Shown one piece after another: positions 51,510 to 63,700 of a stretch of 64,000 bases of DNA (within the stretch, counting starts at the first letter, position 1; each line of letters starts with the position of its first letter). The DNA is from Dicyema japonicum (taxonomy: Eukaryota > Animalia > Dicyemida). Both the position numbers and the translations under genes were made by a program. Location of the stretch: assembly GCA_011109175.1 (NCBI GenBank), contig RDEW01000014.1, positions 434,001 through 498,000 of the forward strand, read 5' to 3'. The notes beneath the pieces were generated by a model that worked only from the letters and a program-made list of their open reading frames with translations, ran no database searches and was not told the DNA's origin.

Positions 51510-52940
51510 TTTTTATTTTAATAATTTTAAATTAAATAATTTAATATTCTCCTGAAACCAATCCAGATTGCAGTCTGACATTTTGCATGGCGATTTCGTA
51601 CGAGATCCTGAAGCTGGTTTGAGATGTACTTCGTCTGGACCTGAGGACCCCTTGCGAACATGTCCATGGGAGACTAATTTGTTCTGACGCTCCACGTTTA
51701 CTTGGTCGATCAATGACAACTCTATCGAATGTCCTTGATGAAGACCTTAAAGAAATGGTGAGAAGCCTCAGGGACGGTGAGTACCTTGAAAGGTCAAGGA
51801 GTCGCAAAAAAATAGAAAAACATATGCAATGTTTTGTCACGACTTATGACATACACTTCCGGGATACTGCGAGATCGTTGGCAGATCATTCAGTGAGAGT
51901 ACAGGAACTATTAGAAGTTGGAATCATTTAATTGGCTTTGACACCTTTTTTGGTGATCTTGGGCTTTCTTGAATAAACAAAATTATTAACAGATGATTTA
52001 CTATGTCCTAGGTCTCAATCGCCAAGTAAACACTTAGATAACATGGCAACACGGGTATTTTTAAGCATGATTTTGTAAAATTTCCAGTGTATCACCTAAT
52101 ACAAACTACATGACCAACATTCTTTCAACATTTCGTGTAAACTACGATTGCAATTTAACCGAAGATACCCTCTTCCGGAGGGCAACCGTAATTACTGCCA
52201 TTCATGATTTTCCAGGAGTGAGTGCATGAGTACCTAACATAAGCTGAATTATTACCATAATCATGAGATGATGATTCAATTCATAGTTGAGAGATATTCA
52301 TACCTAAGCATTATAATTACTAACATAGAAAGGATTTGTATGTCCAACTTTTCTTAAATGTAGTAAATGTTAGCCACGGATACAGCAAGAAATTAATGTT
52401 GATAGATAATTAAATGTGTCCAGTTCACACGATCACAGAACCAGAGACCTGTCAGCATATCAACCAGGTTCATTCAGAACCAACGAGGGGATAGAAAATT
52501 TCCTTGCAGCTGACGGAATAAATGGAGTATGGAAGATCAAGCAATTCTTTTTCGTAAAATCCTGGCTCTCAGAGTTACATGATAAATAAGGTTCAGAAAA
52601 AAACCTTCGACCAATTAGTCAATGGAGGGAATCGAATCCAGTATGAATCGTGGGAATACATAGAAACCTGTGCGACTTTCAACAAAGTATTCCACCATCC
52701 AAATGCTTGAGAGTGTATCCATTTCCAGTCTTAGTATGTGCCCGAAAGTCTCCATCTCAAATCAGTAATCTCGAGGACCAAAGAGACAGTAGAGCGAACA
52801 TCATATAAAGATTTCTTGTTCATTCATTTCAGTCAATTCAACCAGATCAATTTCCTGAGCTGCCTTCGGTGAAACGAGTCTATCCAGAGTTACTTAGCCC
52901 TGGAGTCACTCCATGTTGACGGATTGTATTATTATTAATT

Positions 52941-53653
52941 ATTTGTAAGTCAATTTTCAAAAAAAAACAATTATATGCTGACTGTTATGTGAGTTTTTGA
53001 AAAGTTTGTGGGCTCATTAATTTTGCGGTCTTCATCTGCGGCGAAAATGAAGAAGCATACTTAAAATAAAGCCAAAAAAGCCCTTTTTTATGTTAACGGA
53101 TTGTATAGTAGGACTGGTTCAAAAAAGACCGGTTAACACCCTGATCACTGAAATTATTTATTAAATAAATTAAAAAGAATGTTTTATAAATAATTTAAAA
53201 ATTTAGTGGCAGTATTAGGAAGATCTAGTCTTATCCATGACAAGCATGATGCAGTACATTCACGAACATGTTTGTTCTCCGGCTTTTTGAAACTCCACAC
53301 TCGTTGATTTTCTGTATTTTCTTCGTTAAAGTTAGTTTTATTGACGTCATTGCCATTTGTCATCCTTTTATGATGGTTGACGTTAACTTTATTTTTAGTA
53401 GCTAACGATGAATCACATGTTTGGACGTCGACTGTCTTTTCCTGGTTGCTTCGTTTCTACTGAAGTCATTTCTCTTTAACTAACCTCACATTTTTTGAGT
53501 TTCTGCTTCATTTGTGAGTTTTGGAGAGTTTGTGGGCTCATTAATTTTTTGGTCTTTATCTGCGGCGAAAATGCAGAAACATACTTAAAATAAAGCCAAA
53601 ATTTTTACATAACAGCCAGCATATAATTGGTTTTTAAAAATTGGCTGACAAAT
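52941..53653. mobile_element. MITE-like element with about 50-bp imperfect TIRs and an internal 88-bp direct repeat
   Basis: ATTTGTAAGTCAATTTTCAAAA...CAATTATATGCTGACTGTTATGT at the left matches the reverse complement of 53607-53653; direct repeats at 52989-53076 and 53514-53601. Confidence 0.7.
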
Positions 53654-54549
53654 CCAATTACAAGGATACCTCGAATAGCACTTATCCCCCATTAAGTTCC
53701 TTGACGTAAGCTGTCTTATATATTTGCTCGTTTCCACGGCAACAGCGAAAAAATACGTCACTTACGCATCCTCCGTTAAACTTCCAAAATGTTATAAATT
53801 AGTAGGCAGCTTTCCCTCTTCGCTCTTCTCAGCTGTTCCCGCCTCCTTTTTGCTATCGACGATCTAATAGGGGAGGAAAGCGATTTGGGTCCTAGAATCC
53901 CCGAGATTTCGGAGCAAAGTACATAGTTGGGTGCTTTCTTACGATGAGTTTCCAGATCTCCCGGGGTAACAATTTAATGCTTATCTTCGAGTAATCATCA
54001 TTGAGGACAGTCGGTAGGGTCTTTCCTGGCAGTCTCAGTGTTTTTTAGTAGTTTTTGTGGTGAAGTAATTTTCCATCACCTAGTCGGTCAGGGTTGCAAT
54101 GTCCTAACGTCCAAAGAGTTCCAGAAATCTTCGAGAATAATCTCCGATAAATTCTTGAACGCGAAGAAGGAAGACAATCTTTTAATTAAAGTTCTTCTTA
54201 CCCACTTCTTTCTAATTAGACATGCTTTCCGATAGTTTTCATAGACTCAAAACACTGTTATGGGTGATATGACAGTTACAGGCTCTTAATACCATTGTTG
54301 TAAATCATGCACGTGGAATAGGTTTCTGTCGTCAAGAATATTAAATCCCCGTTTCTTTAACGATTTTATATTACAAGTTTTAACTCATAGACAGTGGCGT
54401 AGCTCACTTTCCTTATAGAATTTTGAAAAAAACAATGAGTTTTTGAGTAAGAACAAATATGGTTAGAACAGAAATTTAAAATAAATTGATATTATGAACC
54501 CTTACAACAACCTTTAGTATTAATTTATTAAAGATGACTATATTAATGC

Positions 54550-55150
54550 ACTTTCGCTACGACATTGTCATGGTAAAGCATGTGCCACGAGAAAGTAACA
54601 ATAACACTATTCTCCTCCACAAATTCCCATCGTGAGCCAGCTTGCGCAGTTCATCTAAGTATTCTGCCCATTTGAGACGCCTCCCGATTTGTGGAGATTC
54701 CCGTCCAGAAATCGGTAAGATGGTCCTTGGTAGTTCATTGAATAGAAGAGCGTTTGAGGGAAAGGTTAAATAGGGCTTTCAGGTATTTTTAATATTAGTC
54801 AAAATAACCTCCGTGATTTCGACCGAGATACACGAGCGCCTTATCATCCCATATAGGGTTCTGTTAAATATTCATGAGCGTCTTTTACAAGACAATGTTT
54901 GTTTCAGTTGTGTGGAGTGAAAAATCCAATTTTTCTGATTCTTTCTCCGCCCAAGCCGAAGTACATGCGTTGTATAGCAAACGCGATCTCGAATTCGTGT
55001 CAAGTCTTTTGTGTACAAGCTAAGTTTTCTTGATTTTTTTGCAATGCTGCATTTGCAAATATCTTTCTCATCGCAACATCTTCGTGGTTTTCTAGAAGAG
55101 TGCCTAACCTTTTGGTCTAGTGCCAAAAGTCGTCAGTCCTCGATTAATTA
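54550..55150 (-). mobile_element. RTE-like retrotransposon 3' end
   Basis: GRESPQIGRRLKWAEYLDELRKLAHDGNLWRRIV, typical of the RTE GRP...W...LA.DR..WR tail. Confidence 0.65.
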
Positions 55151-55257
55151 CGTTATTTCAGTTTTAATCTAAGCTGACTGATAAATTATTAATTAAAAAT
55201 AAATGATTTATTTATAAAATATATTTAAAATTTTTTTAATATTTAAGACACGTGCAA

Positions 55258-56180
55258 ATGAAAGAGTTGGAAGTGATAAAAAGACTTGTTTCCACAATAA
55301 AGCCTGAGAGAGACAGAGCACTCGAGGATATTTCCACTTATATACAAATCAATGGATCTTCTGTAACCAAGCGTACTCATTTTAATATATCTTCAGTGCA
55401 AGACGATCTATATTGGAGAAAGATTTGGAAGGGACTTTTCTTCTCAATGTGGATGAGTGATAAACCTCCCATTCAAGTAAATACGAAATTTTACTTCTAG
55501 AAAGACTTTGCCACTGAAATTGCCAATCTGGTCTTTCAAATTACCAATTTTGATCGTTTTCTTGACTTTATTGACTCATTTCTATTTACAATATCCACGC
55601 ATTGGTATATCATTGATAATTGGAGGATCGACAAGTTCATGATGGTTTATTTATATATTTATGTAGTTAATTCGATTTATGGTTGCTGCAGCTTTTGACT
55701 ACCTCGCTAGGCTCAACTGGGATAAGAAACACTGTTCTGAGTACTCCGACCTTATTCAAACCAACTTTATTGGCAAAAAGTCGTTGGATGTCCCCAGAGG
55801 AGCTCGTTTTCACTTTATTCTTGTACTGATGGAGGAATTACTCCCAAGACTATCTAATTTGAATGACTCATTGGTTGATGCTATTGTCATTGTAGGCCAA
55901 TCGTACCCTCTACCTGTTTGTGCGACCGTTTGTTGGTCAAATGTGTGGCTGTGATGAGTTTGTGTTGTATTAATTTATAGAAAACTCATGGTTGATTATC
56001 TGTATAAGGAAGTCTTTATGAGATTGGCCAGGGAGGTCACCAGAGGAACTGTTAATAAGGTGGTTGTTCTCAGATTGGCCAATAAAATGAAGGGGGTTAA
56101 ATGTGGAGGATATTGTAGGAGTATGATTAAATCATTTATTGGGAGGTTTTTGTGGGATTTATTGTAGAATTAAGAGATGA
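55258..56180 (+). CDS. RRP1: Ribosomal RNA processing protein 1 (Nop52)
   Basis: ERDRALE...IWKGLFFSMWMSDKPPIQ...HWYIIDNWRIDKFMMLIR...RFHF matches the Nop52 domain. Confidence 0.9.
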
Positions 56181-56701
56181 TTTTTTAATAAAATTAATTT
56201 TTTATCAAATTGTACTATTTAATAAATTTAAGCTTGGTAAATGTGATCTCCGCGATCTTTGTAAACAAAAATAATTCCGAAGATCCAATGATCATCCATC
56301 AATTAGTTATTTATGTGGGGAATAGTCTTTATCAGATAGGACTACGACCAGTTAGCCAAGTGGATGTCGGTCGGAAGGTGGTGACGTTCCTCTATTCCAC
56401 GAATGTCTAGTTTATTAGCTTAATGATGAACAAAAGCTCTTGTTTTCGTCATCGTGTGTATGGAAAGTTGACGGACTCAAGGAACATTAGAAACCCAAAG
56501 TTCCTCACAAAGGAAGTATCAATGTGCGTAGGATCTGGGTTTGAATCTCGCTCAACCCAGAATTGAAAGAACTTGGGAGTCATTATGATTCTGTGTATGT
56601 CGCTAATAATTAAACTATAAACACGTGTTAATTAGACAAATATATTAATAAAATTTATTATAATTATGGCACATTTATAATTAAAATATGATAAGTTAAA
56701 T

Positions 56702-57955
56702 ATGGTTGTTGTGGCTGTCCATCTTGGTTATCCATAATTATATATATTAGGAGCTGGCTACTTCAATACAAAGAATATTAAGTCATATTCGCAAGTTGCT
56801 TATCGTGCTTGTTCAGCAGTAAGTCTTAATTATGATTAAGGCCATCGAGTGTTTGAATGAAGGGTCCAATGCTTTAGAAGCAGTGGAGAAGTCAACATCA
56901 ATTATTGAAGTAACTGTTGGTCACATTAGAGAATTCTGACCTCACAAATGCAGGATATGGTTCATTTCTCAATTCTGTTGGTGATGTTGAGTGTGATGCT
57001 GCTGTTATGTCTTCCAAAAACCATCTTTTTGGAGCTGTGACATGTGCACAAAGTATTAGTTACATTACAAACACAGATATATACAACCCTATACGTATTG
57101 CCTCTTCTATACTCAAATCACAAGAATCAGAGAATGACTTTATACCCCCAAAGTATATTAAGTCGAGGATGTAGTGTTATTGCTGGAAAGGGGGTTGTTG
57201 ACTGGGCTACCCACCATAATATTCCTGTGGTCGATAACGAATGCTTGAAAACTGGTTTTGGTGGTTATATTTATTATAGAAAGGACACTACAAAGATATA
57301 ATAACAGGAATAATGTATTGATAGTGATAATACAAGGAATGTTGTGTTGAGGACACTGTGGGGGCTGTGTGTTGTGACAAATATGGGGATGTTGCTTCGG
57401 GGTGTAGCACAGGTGGACCTCCGTTCAGGCCTTCTGGGAGAGTTAGTCATGTCTCTACTTTTGGCGCTGGCTGTTGGGCTGAAATGTCGAATGGATTGGG
57501 AGTTGCCGTTTCGACATCTGGTCGTCTTATAATTTATTCCAAGGAATGGGGGAACAGCTACTAGTATCTTCATTAGCTATGAAGAACGCCCAGTCCTGCC
57601 TTAGCAACGGATTCCGTAATTTTTACCTGTGAGCTCAATCATCAAAGTTTATTACTTCTGACTTTATTGGTTTGCTTTATGATTATTAAAGAATCTAAAT
57701 TTCTCACGAGATATTCCTATAAGTATGGTGGGAGCTTAGTTTTGTTCAAAAATGTGTTGGACGTTAAAGTAATATGGAGTCACACCACTCACTCAATGCT
57801 AGTAGCTTACATGTCCTCTAATGATTGCGAACCCAATGTTGTTTTTATTTATATTGCAGATCTGTCTATCGACTAATAATGTGGAGGGAGTTACTGCTGT
57901 AAGTAATGGAGTCGTCTTTAATAATGTTTATTCTAATTTTATTTCTGTAAAATAA
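56702..57955 (+). CDS. TASP1: Taspase-1 (threonine aspartase)
   Basis: VAVHLGAGY, LTNAGYGSFLN..GDVECDAAVM, autocleavage site ED|TVGAVCCD, GRVSH...GAGCWAE, WSHTTHSM.VAYMS. Confidence 0.92.
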
Positions 57956-58799
57956 TATTTTTGTTACTTTTGTGCATTTCTTATTTAGTAGCGGTCAATG
58001 GATCAAATCCTATGTAGATTCCTGGGGAAACAAATAATTCGAATTGTGTGGTGGAAACAGTTAAGCAAGTGGTTCATCGGTAGGAAGGCAACTTTATTGC
58101 GTGGAATCTCTACTCTGCTTAATTATAGGTGAAAGTCTATTGTCGATGATGTTTCCTGTTTCTCAGAAGCTAAATGAGCTCTTCGACTAGTCTATGCCAC
58201 GGAACATTCTTATTCGTGGAAAGTTCAATGATAAACATATTGCGAGGAAGATGACTAAACCAAGGATGGTGGATAATTATGAAAGTGATGGAGGTAAAAA
58301 ACTTTCCTAATATGGAAATACTACTATCAGAAATTGTTTAGAAAAAAAAATTTCAAATTTAGAAAGTGAAGGCTATCCTAAGGGATAAGCGTAAACCGAC
58401 ACCCAAAATACAGATGAATTTTGTAGAGAAAATTATAATGGGGGATTAAATACGGCTTTATTATACTAATCAAATCATCCATATTAATGAGATTACTGAT
58501 ATAATTTGGGAGAGCACTGACTTCAATTACTTTAAAAGTGAGCTAATGCTCTCTCAGTTCCTTTACAGTTTAGAGAAGTCAATATTCTGTTCGCAAAGGT
58601 CTGTGATGATTAATACAAATAAATTGCATTCGACATCAGATAAACGAACTGTTGGATACACGGAAACATTCCAATGTCTAGAGTAGAGTCCTTTCGTGTC
58701 CAAATTGGAGGTACTTAGATAAGTTGTTTTGAGGAGAAACAAGGAAATTATTAGTTATAAATTCTCAAATGTTCTTTCCAGTGATTAAATACTACAAAA

Positions 58800-59720
58800 A
58801 GTTATCTGAAATCATACCAATAAAAAACGAAATGATCCATAAAGTCAATAGAAGAATATACGGAGTAACGCTAACCAGCACCGGAATAATAGCTTTATGC
58901 ATCAAAATTCAAAGGGGGAGTGATGAGCAGTTTTAATATCCAGAGAAAAACTCTTTATTGAAGGATTGAATAGTTAAAATCTGAAATTCCAACAAAATTA
59001 TACTATCAAAGAAAATGTCAGGTCCAGAGAGAAATATGTGGAAGCTAATCATTTTAGCCATAATATAAAATCATGAACTAAATATCTCAGAGGACTATGT
59101 TTTCAGAAATCTTTGATTTTTTTTAACATTCAAGATCTTAAAATTAGAACTGCTAACACTAGATTAGATCAAATGAAACTTATCTAATCTCATATCCAAC
59201 AAAAATAATATTGGCATAATAAATTCAATTTTATATGTAAACAGTTTAAGTTTTAACTATCGATCCCCGCCTTTTACGACAACAACAGAGATCAACCGGA
59301 AAAGCTTGAGTTTCACGGTTGCCTTAATTAGCAATATTTGGAAAAACTACATAGTAACTCCCAATCACAAATTATTGTAAAAGAGTTGCACTATAGTAGC
59401 GAAAGAATGGTCAGGAAAGTAAGTTGAATCAAAGGGATAACTAGAGAATAGCATGAGAATGCATGGGAGAGAAAGAATAATCAGAAATCTCAGCAACATA
59501 AAATCATATTAAGTATCATTTTATATGCGAAACTTTTGAATCTCCCAAAGTCTTTCAATTTTGTCCTGGACAAGATTCGACGCTTTCTTTGTATAGAACT
59601 TCGAGGTTCCGACATCTCCCAAGTCCATTATTCCGGCCATACTTACAAAAAGAAGGAAGACAAGGGTTTTCATCCATCATGAGGCTAAAAAGACATTCCT
59701 TGCAAAAGGTATGTCAGCAC
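58800..59720 (+). mobile_element. Highly decayed LINE remnants
   Basis: Scattered RT-like peptides (KSIIPAILTKRRK.., RRIYGVTL) with many stops. Confidence 0.3.
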
Positions 59721-60098
59721 TTCGAGTTCACACAAACATGTTATTTTAAAAATTAAAAAAACAAAAGGAATATGATAACCACAAATGCATAAGGCAAAAA
59801 AGTTGTTACCGCGACCTCACTACCTTGTAAAAAACGGTGGCTATAAAGCAGGAAGCGGTGAATGTCGGCCTCTTCAATGAGGCAGTAAACAAAAAGACTT
59901 GGTCAAAATACAGCCACTTAGTTATCCACTCATAATACACAAAAATAAGAATCGAAACAAATTCAATTTAATAAAAGTTAGCCACAGATGCCTTACTCAT
60001 CTACAATATAATAAGCAGTCACACATGGATGTCATGACAACCTAACCAATAATTTCCAACCACTTAGTGTTAAATAATACAAATAAAGATAGCTAAAC

Positions 60099-61242
60099 TT
60101 AAACATTTACGTTAGGCTTCTTAAATGCAGAATCAAATGATAAAATATCTCCAAAGTAAAAATGCTGAATGATCGGAAATTTACCAAGGACCTGCAATAA
60201 ATAACCACCAACCTCATCTTTATACATTCTGATTAACCCGTGATTTATCTTCTCCCACGTGGGGACACCACTTATAGCAAATAATTGGTTTGAATGCTCA
60301 GAAAACGGTCCAGTTTTAGTCTACAATAACGAAAAGGATGTCCTTATAAATGTAGCCGATTGCAGACGCATAATGATAATCTCCCTCAAATTCTATTTGG
60401 GAGACAGCAGAATTAGCTGGAGTAAGTTTATTCTGTCCTGAAAAAGATCATCAGTCATACCAATAAGCTGTGAGCTTCCCCAGAGGAAAGGAATAAACTG
60501 AAAGTCATCAAGGCACCAAACTCCGTGACTACCAGCAGGTTCCATTCGATACCTGACCTGTAATTTCCTGGCCAAGGTAATATATCTAAAATTTCCATAA
60601 AACTCAGTACCTATCAAAAACTATAAGACCAATAGCCTTCAAATCCACATCACTCAGGAAATTCAAGTCAAATAGAACACGAAGAAAAGCAATAAAGGCC
60701 AGTTCATGTCCTACATGTGAATTAAAAGATATTTAAAATTAAAAAATATTTAATAAATAAAATTATTACCCGTTCCGTAATCGATTCTTGTGGAGTTTCC
60801 GAAAGAATCCATCAGATAAGGGACCAATTCAGTAATACCGTACTGAATATCTGCTTCTATTTTACCAGACAACAGATTTTCGATAAGATCAGAGGTATTC
60901 TGAATTTAGCATAACCACAAACATCTTCTAACTTCTGATGCCATACTCTGTAAGCCTTATTGCCAAATCTTTGTGCACTCTCGAAGGGTTCAATCTCGTC
61001 CGCCCATTTTTCGATGGTGGACAACATAATTAATAACAAATTAATATTCTATGTTAATTAAACCATTACATCGCTTAAACGATAAGAATCTGTTATTTTC
61101 AGGCCTTTGATCTCTTTATTTATCCAAAGAATGAACTCAAACACCTTTGAATATGCCTACCAATTATATTAAATTTCGCCTTAGAATTGAACCAATCATT
61201 TATAAAAGTTGGGTTCGTCACTCTTTTTATCGGTGCCAACAT
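60099..61242 (-). CDS. PTPA: Serine/threonine phosphatase 2A activator (PTPA/PPP2R4), 8 introns including one GC-AG and one GA-AG
   Basis: [93 protein letters not shown]. Confidence 0.96.
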
Positions 61243-61380
61243 CTCAATAATATTCAAATGAATAAATATTTTATTTAATTTATTTAATCCATTATTTTTT
61301 ATTTTAAATATTATGGTTGTTAAAATAAAAGACAATAAAATGTCACAGGTATAACAAAAAACATGAATATTTGCACAATT

Positions 61381-61700
61381 AGCCGGGTGGCTTAGTGGTT
61401 AGGTGTCGGGCTTAAGTGGCTTAGGCTACGGGTTCGAATCTCGCTGCTGTTCACCTGGTGGAAGGTTCCACGCATCTACGATGCAGAAATGGTTTGACGA
61501 GTGCCCATCATCAGTGAATACTCACTGCGGAACTGGATTGTCTAGAAAGGACACTCACACAAGAAAAAGAAAAAAAGAAGTGAAGATCATTCCTTTGTTA
61601 GTTAAAATTAACTGTTCTTTACTTAAATAAAGTGTGTGTCCTGCCTATGCGGAGCTATAAAATACTATGGCTCTCGTGAAAAGGCTTTATTATATATTAT
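61381..61700 (+). repeat. S1 SINE, most complete copy
   Basis: A box TGGCTTAGTGG (61388-61398), B box GGTTCGAATC (61431-61440), structured core, A-rich tract, 3' end ATGGCTCTCGTGAAAAGG, TTA tail. Confidence 0.88.
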
Positions 61701-62569
61701 TATTATTTGCACAATTTCAGACCACGTCGTTAGGATAGTTCAAAAAAAATTGACTTGAGTAATATACACAGTAGCTGTACCGTTAAAACAGTAAAATGCT
61801 AATGAATTCATGAATGCAGGCCAAATCAAAGATTTATCTTGGAGTATATTTTAAATCCCTAGCAAATATAGCTAGAGATCTTTAACCAAGAGATCTTCAT
61901 TAACTGTCCTAGTTGTTCTAAAAAATGACCTAAAACACTGAAAATAAAGTTTTAAAACGCGAACACAGAGAATCTATGTAATAACTGACTAACAATTGAA
62001 GAGCATGGGAGAAAGTTACATTTAATACTGTGTCTCCGGCTTCACATGAGGGCTATAAGTACTGTGGTTCACGTGAAAGTGCTTATTATTTTTTAGATCA
62101 GGGAGATAAACTGGGAACTTTCGTGGAGGCAGAGAACTAAGCTTCCTCTGCCTGGGACAAGATTAGTGGAAAATTGAGAACAGCGGACGACCTCGATGAA
62201 CTGCGGAAGCGAGAAGGAAATTTGCATGGAAAAAACTGGTAGAATGGATAGTGAGGACCATGGCACAAGTGAAATCCTAAGTATTCATATGCTTATGGGT
62301 AACGCGGGAGTGCTCTTCACTAACTATTTGACTAACTAGATCAGAGAGATCTTTTAAGAATCACATCAAAGTCTAAGTAAGCAAAGTGGTTAATTGGTAG
62401 TAAATTAATTAGTTTCTTGACTTTTCGACTTGTTTCTGCCATTTTTAATATTTAAGAAACTTTGAGTTAGATAAAGTTCTCTATTTCCCGCGTGAGATTA
62501 ACGGGAATCGTGGTTTAGATTGGAATTAGTTTTAGAATGTGAGATTTCAATCTACTAGAGATCACATAA

Positions 62570-62780
62570 CAAGTGCCAGGCAAAAGGCCTTACGGTCCTT
62601 AGTTCAATTCTCGCTGCTGTACATTCCGGAGATTTTCCACGCATCACAATGATTTGGCTTAACGAGTGACATCTCACTGCGGAACTGGATCGTCTATAAA
62701 AGGATCACACCAACAAAGAAAAAAGAAGTGAACATCCCGGGAAAAGATATAGCTAATATGGCTCTTCGTAAAGTACAGTA
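62570..62780 (+). repeat. S1 SINE, diverged and deleted copy
   Basis: GTTCAATTCTCGCTGCTGTAC...TTCCACGCATC...CTCACTGCGGAACTGGATCGTC...ATGGCTCTTCGTAAAG. Confidence 0.75.
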
Positions 62781-63399
62781 TTATTGTATGATAACTTGAT
62801 AGGATCAAAGAAACATTTTATACTCCACAAAATGATCAGTATTTGATCACTTTTGTCACAAAGTCAATAATTAGTCACTGAGGGATACAATCTTGGTAGA
62901 ATGTAATAGATCTGGCCCACTATACGTTTTTTGTAACTTCTGACATATTTCATTCACCGTCATTTGTAAAAGAGGATTATAGTTTTCCAAAATATTCAGA
63001 AGCTCTTGGCAGGTTTCACCACCTGTTGACCCTTGCGTACCCCATACTGCTGCAAATTCTTCCATGATATAATCGTACTAACATGGGCCTTCAAGGGAGA
63101 TCAACCTCATTCAAGTTCCTCCAATATTTATGACAAGGATTCAGGTAGTCACACGTTAGAAAAGATCAAAGGAATTGGGTTGATACGTAATAATTAGTTA
63201 GTCAGTCACCAGCTCACGCATAATCAACATTTGATATGCTTGACCGATAGCTTACAGGCTAGTGAGCTTAGTTTCCTAAGTAATGGATCTAATCAAAGCT
63301 AGGAAATTATACGTCGACTTAGGACTAAAGGATGGATAAATGAGTTGAGGGGTACTCTGATGTATTTTATCAACTCAAGTCAAGATATGGCTGATACAG

Positions 63400-63700
63400 T
63401 CAACAATAATTTACAAAAGTTCTGCCATATGGTCTGGACTCCTCTTTTGCTTCAAAACATCTCCAACGTTTGGATGCAATCTTCTGTAATGCCTTAAAGG
63501 AGGTTTCTCATTCATAAGCTTCATTGGCATCCATAGCCGAAAGGGGGTACAATTACCTATACGAAAAACATTTAGGAAAGTCTTTGTCTTCAAGAGCATC
63601 TTTTGAAGACACATGAGGAACTTTTCCTCTCCCTTCAATGACTCCCATAAAATCTCCTTTTGGTCCAAATTGTACTCCTCAGGCGTGGACAATCATTACA
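63400..63700 (-). mobile_element. Decayed non-LTR retroelement fragment (R4-like)
   Basis: LRHYRRLHPN...; resembles the H.PN...RLY.PR region of RLE-clade RTs. Confidence 0.35.

Noticed and set aside
51513-52030. ORFs on both strands after the mitochondrial-type orphan
   Set aside because: No coherent spliced gene; an AIET-like motif suggests a decayed RLE retroelement.
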